This document shows positions 8,837 through 17,746 of a DNA stretch of 64,000 nucleotides, one piece after another. The position numbers were made by a program, and so were the translations under genes. Source of the DNA: Eubacteriales bacterium (GTDB taxonomy: Bacteria > Bacillota > Clostridia > Oscillospirales > CAG-272); the NCBI GenBank assembly GCA_045650025.1, contig JAZRQR010000130.1, positions 1,202-65,201 on the forward strand, written 5' to 3'. Under the pieces are notes generated by a model that worked only from the letters and a program-made list of their open reading frames with translations, searched no databases and was not told where the DNA came from. How positions within the stretch are numbered: the first letter of the stretch is position 1; every line of letters starts with the position of its first letter.

Positions 8837-9808
8837 TTCTTGCGCATTGCTCTGCATGATCACCCAGTTGGCATATCCCTTGGCGATCACGTAATCCAGC
8901 GCATCGGTCTGGTCGGTATCCAGCGCCAGGCGCGGCGAGTAGCGCAGCAGGTCATACTGCATGGACTCCAGCACGTAGCTGACAGTCAACACGGTAGCTT
9001 GCCCGCTTTCCTGCTCCCCTGCTTGCGTATCGGTCTCAGGCTGCGTATCGGGCGCTATCTCTGCAAGCGGCAAGCCACGCAGATCCAGCACCAGAAAATC
9101 ACACACGCCAAGCAGCTGCGCGGCGGTGTACACGTCGTAATCGGCAGCCAGCAGCACCTCGGGGGTGATCAGCACGCCAATGGCGCAATCGCCTGCCAAG
9201 CCCTTGACGCGGCGCAGATACTGCAGAATTTCGGTAATATTGGCTTGCGTGGGGGCAAGTCCCGTCAAAAAGATCTCGTCCACGCCTGCCGCTGCGGCTT
9301 CGGCAATCAGCGCCGCTTCGTAGGAAAGTGCCAGCTCACGCAAGGCGGCATCCGGCTCGGCAAAGCCCTCGATGGGCATGTACGCGCTGACGTACAAGCC
9401 GTTCTGGTGCAGCTCCTGCACGTTTTTAGAAAGGTTGACGCTGCCGCATTCCTCCCATCCCGCGCGCTCGCACACGGCGGAATCATACGCAGGCGCGCCG
9501 TCCGCGGCACACAAAGGAGCGCAAAGCTGGGTAATGCCCGCATACAGGTACGAGCTGTAGCGATTGCCGATTTGGTAGGCATGCGCCTTAATGGGCGCTA
9601 CCGTGACGGGCAGGATCTCCTGCTCGGGCACCGTGACCTCGCTCTCCTGCTCGGTAGCAGGATATTGCTCCGCGGTGCGCAACAGCCAATTGCCCACGCC
9701 AAGACTTGCAGCAAAGGTTGCGCCAAGCAGCAACACGATGGCTGCCGCCACCGCCCACTTGACCCAGGTGTTCTGTTTTTTGCCTGCGAGCACCCGTCTC
9801 TTTGCCAT
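8834..9808 (-). CDS. Membrane-anchored hypothetical protein
   Basis: 324 aa. N-terminal basic stretch plus a TM helix (WAVAAAIVLLLGATFAASL). Coding-like composition. No family recognised with confidence. Confidence 0.6.
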   Translation of the reverse strand: MAKRRVLAGKKQNTWVKWAVAAAIVLLLGATFAASLGVGNWLLRTAEQYPATEQESEVTVPEQEILPVTVAPIKAHAYQIGNRYSSYLYAGITQLCAPLCAADGAPAYDSAVCERAGWEECGSVNLSKNVQELHQNGLYVSAYMPIEGFAEPDAALRELALSYEAALIAEAAAAGVDEIFLTGLAPTQANITEILQYLRRVKGLAGDCAIGVLITPEVLLAADYDVYTAAQLLGVCDFLVLDLRGLPLAEIAPDTQPETDTQAGEQESGQATVLTVSYVLESMQYDLLRYSPRLALDTDQTDALDYVIAKGYANWVIMQSNAQE

Positions 9809-9833
9809 ACTCTCCCTCTTTTCCGCTTCTAAA

Positions 9834-10907
9834 TCAATCCAGATTTAACAGGTCAAGGCTCTTACCGTACTCGTTGAGCTCAACCGTCATGTTCTTCTTA
9901 ATACCGTCCTCGTATTCGCCCATCTTGGCGGACTGGTAATATTGCAGCAGGCGCTCGCCGTACATCAGCACGTAAAGCTCCTCGATCGGCATACGCATGA
10001 TCACGCAATAGCCGCTGCCGTATTCCACCACACCGCTGGTCTCGTATTCGCCAAGCGCAAAGGTTGCCGCCTCGTATTCCTCTCCCATTTCACCGTAGGT
10101 GAAGTAGAAGCCGGACTCGGTCACGGTGTTGTCCTTGTTGATCTTGGAGCCAATGTACTGGCACATCAGGGAGTATCTCTCCTGATCGTCGGTGCATGCC
10201 GCCAGATCGTCCGCAACTGCCTTGGCAGTCTCGTAATATTCGTCCTTCTTGCTCTGATCCTCCACGGGCACGTACACGTGAATGGTTCTGGCGTAGTCTT
10301 CGCCCGCAAGCACGTAATCCAAGTATTCCGAGAAATTACGCTCGCCGTACTCGAAAATGCCGCCGTCCACCAGCGCGTAGTACATAGCAGACTCCAGGTA
10401 GCTGACGCGGTAGATAAAGCGCAGATAGTGGTCGGTCAGGTCGTTTTCCGCAAGCCACTCCAGGTATGCATCAAAGTCGCCGCCAAAGCCGCCCTCTGCC
10501 TCGCTCTGGTTGACCAGTGCCTCGATCTGCTCCTGCACGTAAGAGTCAATGTCCTTATCCTGGGTATTGACCATCAGATTCTTGCAGCCGGTAATGATGG
10601 CGTAATTTGCCTTGAGGTTTTCCAAGACAAGCTGCTCCAGCTCAGGATAATGCTCTTGCGCGGTGCGCTCGTTTTCCCAAATGCCCTTGCCGTATTTTTG
10701 CTCCAGCGTTGCCTTGTAGGTGTTGGCTACAAAGCGCAGCTCCTCGTAATAGATCTCGTATTCGTCGCACTTACCAACCACGCGCATTTCCTGCTCGGTG
10801 CTCTCCACGGGCTCGATCTTGTCGCCGCAGCCAACCAGCGTCAGCATCAGCAGCAGGAGTGCCATGGTGCACGCCAGCATACGCAAGAGTTTGTTTTTTT
10901 GCATCAT
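9834..10907 (-). CDS. PrsA/SurA-like lipoprotein (parvulin-type foldase-like)
   Basis: Lipobox LTLVGC. C-terminal parvulin-like stretch (GFYFTYGEMGEEYEAATFALGEYETSGVVEYGSGYCVIMRM). GGAGGAA RBS before a tandem ATG ATG (10907/10904). Confidence 0.65.
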   Translation of the reverse strand: MMQKNKLLRMLACTMALLLLMLTLVGCGDKIEPVESTEQEMRVVGKCDEYEIYYEELRFVANTYKATLEQKYGKGIWENERTAQEHYPELEQLVLENLKANYAIITGCKNLMVNTQDKDIDSYVQEQIEALVNQSEAEGGFGGDFDAYLEWLAENDLTDHYLRFIYRVSYLESAMYYALVDGGIFEYGERNFSEYLDYVLAGEDYARTIHVYVPVEDQSKKDEYYETAKAVADDLAACTDDQERYSLMCQYIGSKINKDNTVTESGFYFTYGEMGEEYEAATFALGEYETSGVVEYGSGYCVIMRMPIEELYVLMYGERLLQYYQSAKMGEYEDGIKKNMTVELNEYGKSLDLLNLD

Positions 10908-11018
10908 ATATTCCTCCGAAAGCCTTATAGGCATATCATTTCACGATAATTATACACCCCTATTGTGACATGGCTGTGAATATCTCGCATTTTTTTGCAC
11001 GCACTTGCAAAAAAAGGC

Positions 11019-11047
11019 TTTTCAAAATCGCATTTGCATGTTATAAT
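11019..11047 (+). promoter_or_regulatory. Candidate extended -10 promoter for hprK
   Basis: TTTTCA (11019-11024), 17-nt spacer containing TG at 11039-11040, TATAAT (11042-11047). Confidence 0.4.
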
Positions 11048-11077
11048 GAGGGGGAACCTTAGTAAAGGAGCATTGAC

Positions 11078-12010
11078 ATGGAAGAAATTTATACCATTCC
11101 CCTTTCGCAGCTGGCAAAGGAATTTTCGTTTGAGCAGCTGTGCGTGCCCGAGGATTACGAGACCGTGCTGGTTCGCACCCCCGAGATCTCGCGCCCCGGC
11201 TTGGCTCTTGCCGGCTTTTACGGCATTTTTGACCGCGACCGTATTCAGATCATCGGCAACGCCGAGCACAGATATTTGGAAGGCCTTGCGCCCGACGTGC
11301 GCAAAAAGGCACTCCTTGCCTTTATCAAATCGCTGCCTGTGGCAGTGCTGATCACCTCGGGCAACCCCGTGTTCCCCGAAATGATCGAGCAGGCGCAGAT
11401 CTCGGGCGTTCCCGTGTTGCGCACCCAGGAGCAGACCAGCCCCATTATGGCAGCACTGATCGCCTCGCTCAACCAGCACTTGGCGCCCCGCATCACGCGC
11501 CACGGCGTATTGGTCGAGGTATACGGCGAGGGTATTTTGCTGCTGGGTGACAGTGGCGTTGGTAAGAGTGAAACTGCGATTGAGCTTGTCAAGAGAGGTC
11601 ACCGTCTGATCGCGGACGACGCCGTGGAGATCAAGCGCGTATCCGCCAAGACGCTGGTGGGATCTGCGCCCGAGATCATCCGTCACTACGTAGAGCTGCG
11701 CGGCATCGGTATTGTGGATATCCGCCGCCTGTTCGGTATGGGTGCTGTCAAGGAGACCGAGAAGATCGACCTGGTAATCAACTTGGAGCAATGGGTACAG
11801 GGTAAGATGTACGACCGCCTGGGTCTGGATGAGCAAAAGGTGGATATTTTGGGCATTAAGGTGCCCTGCACCACCATCCCCGTCAAGCCCGGCCGTAACC
11901 TTGCCATTATCTTAGAGATTGCGGCTATGAACAACCGCCAGAAGCGCATGGGCTACAACACCGTAGAGGAGTTCAACAAGAAGCTCATGGGACAGATGGG
12001 CTTGGAATAA
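11078..12010 (+). CDS. hprK: HPr kinase/phosphorylase
   Basis: 310 aa. Walker A GDSGVGKSE and ADD...E signature region (LIADDAVEIKR). Full-length match to the HprK architecture. Confidence 0.92.
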   Translation: MEEIYTIPLSQLAKEFSFEQLCVPEDYETVLVRTPEISRPGLALAGFYGIFDRDRIQIIGNAEHRYLEGLAPDVRKKALLAFIKSLPVAVLITSGNPVFPEMIEQAQISGVPVLRTQEQTSPIMAALIASLNQHLAPRITRHGVLVEVYGEGILLLGDSGVGKSETAIELVKRGHRLIADDAVEIKRVSAKTLVGSAPEIIRHYVELRGIGIVDIRRLFGMGAVKETEKIDLVINLEQWVQGKMYDRLGLDEQKVDILGIKVPCTTIPVKPGRNLAIILEIAAMNNRQKRMGYNTVEEFNKKLMGQMGLE

Positions 12011-12034
12011 CCCTGCATAACGTAAAAATCCGCT

Positions 12035-12177
12035 CCCATTGTAGGGGTCGACGTCCTCGGCGACCTGCATCCCCATTGTAGGGGTCGACGTCCTCGGAGA
12101 CTCGCATCCCCATTGTAGGGGTCGACGTCCTCGGCGACCCGCATCCCCATTGTAGGGGTCGACGTCCTCGGCGACCC
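12035..12177 (+). repeat. Tandem array of four REP-like units (37-bp period)
   Basis: GTAG at 12041, 12078, 12115 and 12152. Each is followed by GGGTCG-ACGTCCTCGG-CGACCC (6-bp stem, 10-nt loop). The second copy has a degenerate 3' arm (AGACTC). Confidence 0.85.
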
Positions 12178-12212
12178 GTTAAGGCAAAAATTGATCCGCA
12201 GAAAACAAAAAT

Positions 12213-12246
12213 TAACCCCGACAGATTTTGAAGGTCTGCCGGGGTT
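12213..12246 (+). terminator. Hairpin downstream of hprK and the REP array
   Basis: CCCCGACAGA / TCTGCCGGGG stem (one mismatch) followed by TTCGTTAT. Confidence 0.45.
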
Positions 12247-12376
12247 CGTTATATCTCTGCCGAAATTTGTTTGTAGGGGCGACTGATGAGAAGTTGGGCA
12301 AACGAGCGGATTTTTCTTTATTTTAGTGGATATATCGCAGATTTTGGGCAGATTGTGAAAAAATTGCCGAAAAGGC

Positions 12377-12405
12377 TTGACAAGCGAAATCGAGAGTGCT
12401 ATAAT
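12377..12405 (+). promoter_or_regulatory. Consensus sigmaA promoter of T-box leader 1
   Basis: TTGACA (12377-12382), 17 nt, TATAAT (12400-12405). Confidence 0.75.
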
Positions 12406-12411
12406 GTTTTC

Positions 12412-12705
12412 AAATTTGAATATCACAAACAACGACTGTGATGAAGAAGGTCGGAGCAAGATGCTTCCAGAGAGTTGTCGGGCGGTGCGAGACAATGGCA
12501 GATGCTTCCGTATGACCTATCACTTCTGAGTCGGAGGACCGAACGGCACGCATGCGCCCAGTAGACTCCTTCCGTATTGCTGCGTAAAGGCAAAGGACTT
12601 GACAGAGTCCGGAAAGTGACGGAGCTTGTTTCCGTAATTTGAGTGGTACCGCGGGTAATTTTGCTCGTCTCAAAGGGTTTCTTTTGAGGCGGGTGTTTTT
12701 GTTTT
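12412..12705 (+). promoter_or_regulatory. T-box riboswitch leader 1 (candidate specifier AUC, Ile)
   Basis: Stem I has a UGAUGA K-turn, an AGAGAG bulge (12469-12474) and a GGUGCGA distal loop (12484-12490). Specifier-loop candidate is AUC-A (12519-12522). T-box consensus AAUUUGAGUGGUACCGCGG lies at 12637-12655. Terminator hairpin CGTCTCAAAG/CTTTTGAGGCG plus U-run lies at 12664-12705. Confidence 0.85.
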
Positions 12706-12758
12706 ATTCAGATTTGTAATCATCCACGAGAATTTCAGAAATGAAAGGAGACAACAAA

Positions 12759-15032
12759 ATGGATTACAGTTTGAAAGAGGTTGCAGGCAGAATCAAGGAC
12801 CTGCGAGAGGCAAAGGGATATACCCCTGCTGAGCTGGCTAAGCTGACCGGCGTTACGGTGGAGGACTACCTGTTGCTGGAGCAGGGCGAGACCGATTTCA
12901 GCTTCACCTTTATTTACAAGTGCGCCAAGGCGTGCGACGTAGAAGTAGTCGACCTTCTGGAAGGCCGAAGCACTACGCTGACCTCCTTTGCGATTACCAG
13001 ACGCGGCGAGGGCTTGAAGATTCTCAAGCAGCACGGCGTGGAATACAATAACTTAGCGCCCAAGTTCAAGGACAAGCTCGCAGAGCCCTTCCTTGTGAAG
13101 TTCCCCTATATTCCCGAGGAGCAGAATGCACCCATGAAGCTCAACTCGCACAACGGTCAGGAATTCGACGTTATCGTGCGCGGCTCTCTCAAGGTGCAGG
13201 TCGGCAACCACGTGGACATTCTGCACGAGGGTGACTCGATCTTCTACAACAGCTTGATCCCCCACGGCATGATCGCGGTCAGCGAGGGCGGCTGTGACTT
13301 CCATGCAGTCGTGCTCAATCCCCAGGACGGTCTGGTCAGCGAGGAGTACCCCGAAGCGCCCGTTGCCACCGCGCCCAAGGCAACCGCGCAGACCGTTGGC
13401 ACCGAGACCGTGGCAGACAACTTTGTAGAGTCCTACTACGATGAAAACGGCGTTTTCAACGGCATCAAGTTCAAGAACGCCGATAAGTTCAACTTTGCAT
13501 TTGACTGCGTAGACGCCATTGCACAAAAGACGCCCGATAAGCTGGCGATGATGTGGGTGGCAAACGATAAGACCGACCGCCGCTTTACCTTCAGCGATAT
13601 GAAGAAGTACTCGGCAAAAACCGCCAACTACTTTGAATCCCTTGGCATCAAGCGCGGCGACAAGGTCATGCTGGTGCTCAAGCGTCATTACCAGTTCTGG
13701 TTCTGCATGCTGGCGCTGCACAAGATCGGTGCTGTCGCCATCCCCGCAACCAACCAGTTAGTTGCGCACGACTTTGAATACCGCTACCAGGCGGCAAACG
13801 TCAAGGCAATCGTTTGCACCGCGGATGGAGAGGTTTCCACCGAGGCAGACAAGGCTGCTGCAGAGTATCCGGGCCTGCTTAAGATCATGGTAGGCGGTCA
13901 GAAACCCGGCTGGCATGACTTCAACGTGGAAATGGAGCGCTTCAGCACTCACTACTTCCGCACCGAGAACAGCCCCTGCGGCGATGATCCCATGCTCATG
14001 TTCTTCACCTCCGGCACGACCGGCTACCCCAAGATCGCAGCGCACAGCTACAAGTACGCGCTGGGTCACTACCCCACCGCCAAGCATTGGCACAACGTCA
14101 AGCCCGGCGGTCTGCACTTCACCATTTCGGACACCGGCTGGGGTAAGGCACTCTGGGGCAAGCTGTACGGTCAGTGGCTGTGCGAGGCAGCAACCTTTAC
14201 CTATGACTTTGACAGATTCCGCTCCGAGGACATTCTGCCTATGTTTGCCAAGTACGGCATCACCACCTTCTGCGCACCTCCCACCATGTACCGTTTCTTT
14301 ATCAAGGAGGATCTTTCCAAGTACGATCTCTCCTCGATCCAATACGCCACCACGGCAGGCGAAGCACTCAACCCCGAGGTATTCAGCCAGTTCAAGAAGG
14401 CAACCGGCCTGACCATTATGGAAGGCTTTGGTCAGACCGAGACCACGCTCTCGATCGCCAACTTTGTGGGCACTACGCCCAAGATCGGCTCGATGGGTCG
14501 TCCCAGCCCCCTGTACGATATCGTACTGCTGGATCCCGACGGCAATCCCTGTCCTACGGGTGACACGGGCGAGATCTGCATCCGCGTCAAGGACGACGTT
14601 CCCTGCGGCTTGTTCATCGGCTATTATCAGGACGAGGAAAAGACCCGCGACGTATGGCACGACGGCTATTACCACACAGGCGACCAGGCAACCATGGACG
14701 AGGACGGCTACCTCTGGTTTGTCGGACGTATTGACGACGTTATCAAGTCGTCCGGTTACCGCATCGGCCCGTTCGAGATCGAAAGCGTGATCATGGAGCT
14801 GCCCTACGTGCTGGAATGCGGCGTTAACGCGGCTCCCGATGAGATCCGCGGTCAGGTGGTCAAGGCAAGCATTGTGCTGACCAAGGGCACCGAGCCCACG
14901 GAGGCGCTTAAGAAGGAGATCCAGGAATACGTCAAGTCGCGTACGGCTCCCTATAAGTACCCGCGTATCGTGGTCTTCCGCGATGAGCTGCCCAAAACCA
15001 TCAGCGGTAAAATTATACGAAACAAGCTTTGA
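12759..15032 (+). CDS. XRE-HTH + cupin + AMP-forming (medium-chain type) acyl-CoA ligase fusion, paralogue 1
   Basis: N-terminal HTH (TPAELAKLTGVTVEDYLLLEQG), cupin (GDSIFYNSLIPHGM), then a ligase core (FTSGTTGYPK, SSGYRIGPFEIES, PKTISGKI). Start set at ATG 12759 behind AAAGGAG; the track start is 12741. Confidence 0.9.
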   Translation: MDYSLKEVAGRIKDLREAKGYTPAELAKLTGVTVEDYLLLEQGETDFSFTFIYKCAKACDVEVVDLLEGRSTTLTSFAITRRGEGLKILKQHGVEYNNLAPKFKDKLAEPFLVKFPYIPEEQNAPMKLNSHNGQEFDVIVRGSLKVQVGNHVDILHEGDSIFYNSLIPHGMIAVSEGGCDFHAVVLNPQDGLVSEEYPEAPVATAPKATAQTVGTETVADNFVESYYDENGVFNGIKFKNADKFNFAFDCVDAIAQKTPDKLAMMWVANDKTDRRFTFSDMKKYSAKTANYFESLGIKRGDKVMLVLKRHYQFWFCMLALHKIGAVAIPATNQLVAHDFEYRYQAANVKAIVCTADGEVSTEADKAAAEYPGLLKIMVGGQKPGWHDFNVEMERFSTHYFRTENSPCGDDPMLMFFTSGTTGYPKIAAHSYKYALGHYPTAKHWHNVKPGGLHFTISDTGWGKALWGKLYGQWLCEAATFTYDFDRFRSEDILPMFAKYGITTFCAPPTMYRFFIKEDLSKYDLSSIQYATTAGEALNPEVFSQFKKATGLTIMEGFGQTETTLSIANFVGTTPKIGSMGRPSPLYDIVLLDPDGNPCPTGDTGEICIRVKDDVPCGLFIGYYQDEEKTRDVWHDGYYHTGDQATMDEDGYLWFVGRIDDVIKSSGYRIGPFEIESVIMELPYVLECGVNAAPDEIRGQVVKASIVLTKGTEPTEALKKEIQEYVKSRTAPYKYPRIVVFRDELPKTISGKIIRNKL

Positions 15033-15049
15033 TTTTTCGTGTGATTTTT

Positions 15050-15075
15050 TGCAGGTTTCACAAACAAAACTTGCA
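15050..15075 (+). terminator. Weak hairpin between the two ligase transcription units
   Basis: TGCAGGTTT / AAAACTTGCA stem (one G-U) with a poor U-tract. Confidence 0.3.
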
Positions 15076-15083
15076 GAAATTTC

Positions 15084-15112
15084 TTGACACGAAAAGCACA
15101 TTATGATATAAT
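15084..15112 (+). promoter_or_regulatory. Consensus sigmaA promoter of T-box leader 2
   Basis: TTGACA (15084-15089), 17 nt, TATAAT (15107-15112). Confidence 0.75.
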
Positions 15113-15118
15113 AATAAG

Positions 15119-15426
15119 TAATTTCTTGAAAAAGGCAATGACGAAAAATTCACGGGATTTGCGCATTTTACAGAGAGTCGGCGGCAGGTGTGTGCCGTCA
15201 GTACGCGCCCTTGATCTGATTTCCGAGCCGAGGGAAGAACGCATATGTCCGCCGACAAACGACATGGTTATTAGACCCCTCCGTACCCGCCGCGTTAAGG
15301 CATGGATGTTCCCCGCTTTCGTGGGATAACGCATCCGCAAAGTGGCGCTCTGCGCAATTTGAGTGGTACCGCGGACATGATATTCTTGCCCGTCTCAAGT
15401 CAGCTTGAGACGGGCATGCTTTTTTT
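15119..15426 (+). promoter_or_regulatory. T-box riboswitch leader 2 (candidate specifier CUG, Leu)
   Basis: AAUGA K-turn, AGAGAG (15172-15177), GGUGUG distal loop (15187-15192). Specifier candidate is CUG-A (15216-15219). T-box consensus AAUUUGAGUGGUACCGCGG lies at 15356-15374. Terminator GCCCGTCTCAAG/CTTGAGACGGGC plus U-run lies at 15388-15426. Confidence 0.85.
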
Positions 15427-15463
15427 CGCCGTACCCAACCAAACATAAGGAGATTTCAATCAA

Positions 15464-17746
15464 ATGAGTAATCTGACAGGACTTGAACAGAAAATAGTCG
15501 AAATGGCGGCGCGTATCCGCGAGCTGCGTGAGATCGAGGGTCTGAGCGTTGCCTATATGGCAAACGCCGCAGGCGTCAGCCAGGAGGAATACTTGGATTG
15601 CGAGGCGGGTAAGCACGACCTCAACTTCGCATTTATTTACCGCTGCGCACAGGCGTTGCGCGTGGACGTGACCGAGATTATCGAAGGCTCTGCGCCCAAG
15701 CTGCAGACCTATACCCTGACCCGCCGCGGTGCAGGTCAGAAGATCGAGCAGGCGCACGGCATGAACTATTACAACATGGCGTACACCTTCAAGAGCCGTA
15801 TAGCAGAGCCCCTGTTCGTGCGCGCGACCTACAGCGCCGAAGCTGAGAACGCGCCCATTGCCGTGACCAGCCACCAGGGCCAGGAATGCGATATCGTCAT
15901 TGATGGTCGCCTGAAGGTCCAGATCGGCGATCACGTGGAGATCCTGAGCGCGGGCGATACCATTTACTACGACTCGTCCATCCCCCACGGTATGGTTGCC
16001 GTTGGCGGTAAGGACTGTACCTTCTACGCCATCGTGCTTGACCCCGATGCAGCCGAGCAGATCAAGGCGGTTGAGGTCGGTGCGGCGCCCAAGCTGACCG
16101 TGCGCGACGATCAGAAGCGCGTATGGCAGAATTTCGTGGACGTGACCGAAAACGAGCAAGGCATTCTGCAATCCCTCTCCTTCAAGAATACCGAGCACTT
16201 TAACTTTGCATACGATATCATCGACACGCTGGGCCGCGAGAAGCCCGATAAGCTGGCGATGCTGCACATTGCACAGGACATGACCGAGAGACGCTTCTCG
16301 TTCGGCGACATCAAGCGCGCCTCCTCCCAGTGTGCCAACTACTTCAAGTCGCTGGGCATCAAGAGAGGCGACCGCGTCATGCTGATCTGTAAGCGTCACT
16401 ACCAGTTCTGGTTCTCCATGCTGGCGCTGCACAAGATTGGTGCTGTGGCAATCCCCGCCTCCAACCAGCTGCAGGAGCACGACCTTTCCTACCGCTTTGG
16501 TGCGGCAGGCATCAGCGCCATCATCTGCACCGCAGACGGTGACGTGGCTCGTCAGGTAGAGCTTGCCGAGCAGGGCTGCCCCACGCTAACTGCCAAGATC
16601 CTGATCGGCGGCGAACGCGAGGGCTGGCGCAACTTTGACGCCGAATATTCCCTGTTCAGCGGCAAGTGGGAGCGCGACGAAAACTCCCCCGGCGGCGACG
16701 ACCTGATGCTCATGTTCTTTACCTCGGGCACGACGGGGTATCCCAAGATCGCAGCGCACAGCTACAAGTACGCGCTGGGTCACTTCCATACCGCAAAATA
16801 CTGGCATTGCGTAGACCCCGAGGGTCTGCACCTGACCATTTCCGACACCGGCTGGGCAAAGGCAATGTGGGGTAAGATGTACGGTCAGTGGCTGTGCGAG
16901 GCGGCAACCTTTGTATACGACTTTGACCCCTTTGACGCATCCGTCATTCTTCCCATGTTTGCAAAGCACCACATCACCACCTTCTGTGCTCCCCCCACCA
17001 TGTACCGCATGATGATCAAGCAGGATCTGACCAAGTACGATCTTTCCTCGGTCAAGCATGCAGCCATTGCGGGCGAGGCACTCAACCCCGAGGTCTACCA
17101 CCGCTTCAAGCAGCTTACGGGTCTGGAGCTCATGGAAGGCTTTGGTCAGTCCGAGACCACGCTGGTGATCGGTAACCTGGTCGGCATGACGCCCAAGATC
17201 GGCTCTATGGGCAAGCCCGTTCCCTTGTATGACGTCAGCATCGTGGATCCCGACGGCAATCCCGTTGGAGTGGGCGAGAGCGGCGAGATCGTCATTCGCA
17301 CCGATATTGAGCATCCCAACGGTCTGTTCCAGGGCTACTACAACGCTCCCGAGAAGACCGCAGAGGTATGGCACGACGGCTACTACCACACCGGTGACGT
17401 GGCATGGCGCGACGAGGACGGCTACTACTGGTACGTCGGCCGCGTGGATGACGTTATCAAGTCCTCCGGTTACCGTATTGGCCCGTTTGAGATCGAGAGC
17501 GTCATCATGGAGCTGCCTTACGTACTGGAATGCGGCGTCAGCGCAGCACCCGATGAAATTCGCGGCCAGGTCGTTAAGGCAAGCATCGTGCTCACGGGCG
17601 GCAAGCAGCCCTGTGAGGAGCTTAAGAAAGAAATTCAGGCGTACGTCAAGTCGCGTACCGCCCCCTATAAATACCCCAGAATCGTGGTCTTCTGCGAAAG
17701 CCTGCCCAAAACTACCAGCGGCAAGATCATTCGTAACAAGCTGTAA
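15464..17746 (+). CDS. XRE-HTH + cupin + AMP-forming acyl-CoA ligase fusion, paralogue 2
   Basis: 760 aa, colinear with 12759-15032 over its full length with the same motifs. AAGGAG RBS upstream of ATG 15464. Confidence 0.9.
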   Translation: MSNLTGLEQKIVEMAARIRELREIEGLSVAYMANAAGVSQEEYLDCEAGKHDLNFAFIYRCAQALRVDVTEIIEGSAPKLQTYTLTRRGAGQKIEQAHGMNYYNMAYTFKSRIAEPLFVRATYSAEAENAPIAVTSHQGQECDIVIDGRLKVQIGDHVEILSAGDTIYYDSSIPHGMVAVGGKDCTFYAIVLDPDAAEQIKAVEVGAAPKLTVRDDQKRVWQNFVDVTENEQGILQSLSFKNTEHFNFAYDIIDTLGREKPDKLAMLHIAQDMTERRFSFGDIKRASSQCANYFKSLGIKRGDRVMLICKRHYQFWFSMLALHKIGAVAIPASNQLQEHDLSYRFGAAGISAIICTADGDVARQVELAEQGCPTLTAKILIGGEREGWRNFDAEYSLFSGKWERDENSPGGDDLMLMFFTSGTTGYPKIAAHSYKYALGHFHTAKYWHCVDPEGLHLTISDTGWAKAMWGKMYGQWLCEAATFVYDFDPFDASVILPMFAKHHITTFCAPPTMYRMMIKQDLTKYDLSSVKHAAIAGEALNPEVYHRFKQLTGLELMEGFGQSETTLVIGNLVGMTPKIGSMGKPVPLYDVSIVDPDGNPVGVGESGEIVIRTDIEHPNGLFQGYYNAPEKTAEVWHDGYYHTGDVAWRDEDGYYWYVGRVDDVIKSSGYRIGPFEIESVIMELPYVLECGVSAAPDEIRGQVVKASIVLTGGKQPCEELKKEIQAYVKSRTAPYKYPRIVVFCESLPKTTSGKIIRNKL

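Noticed and set aside
12035-12177. Possible CRISPR array (regular 37-bp periodicity)
   Set aside because: The units are contiguous with no unique spacers between them. There is no leader and there are no cas genes in the window. The GTAG + hairpin structure fits REP elements instead.
11953-12495. 180-aa minus-strand ORF spanning the hprK 3' flank
   Set aside because: It reads through the four REP-like repeats (repeated RTSTPTMG peptides) and the T-box promoter. It is repeat-derived, not coding.
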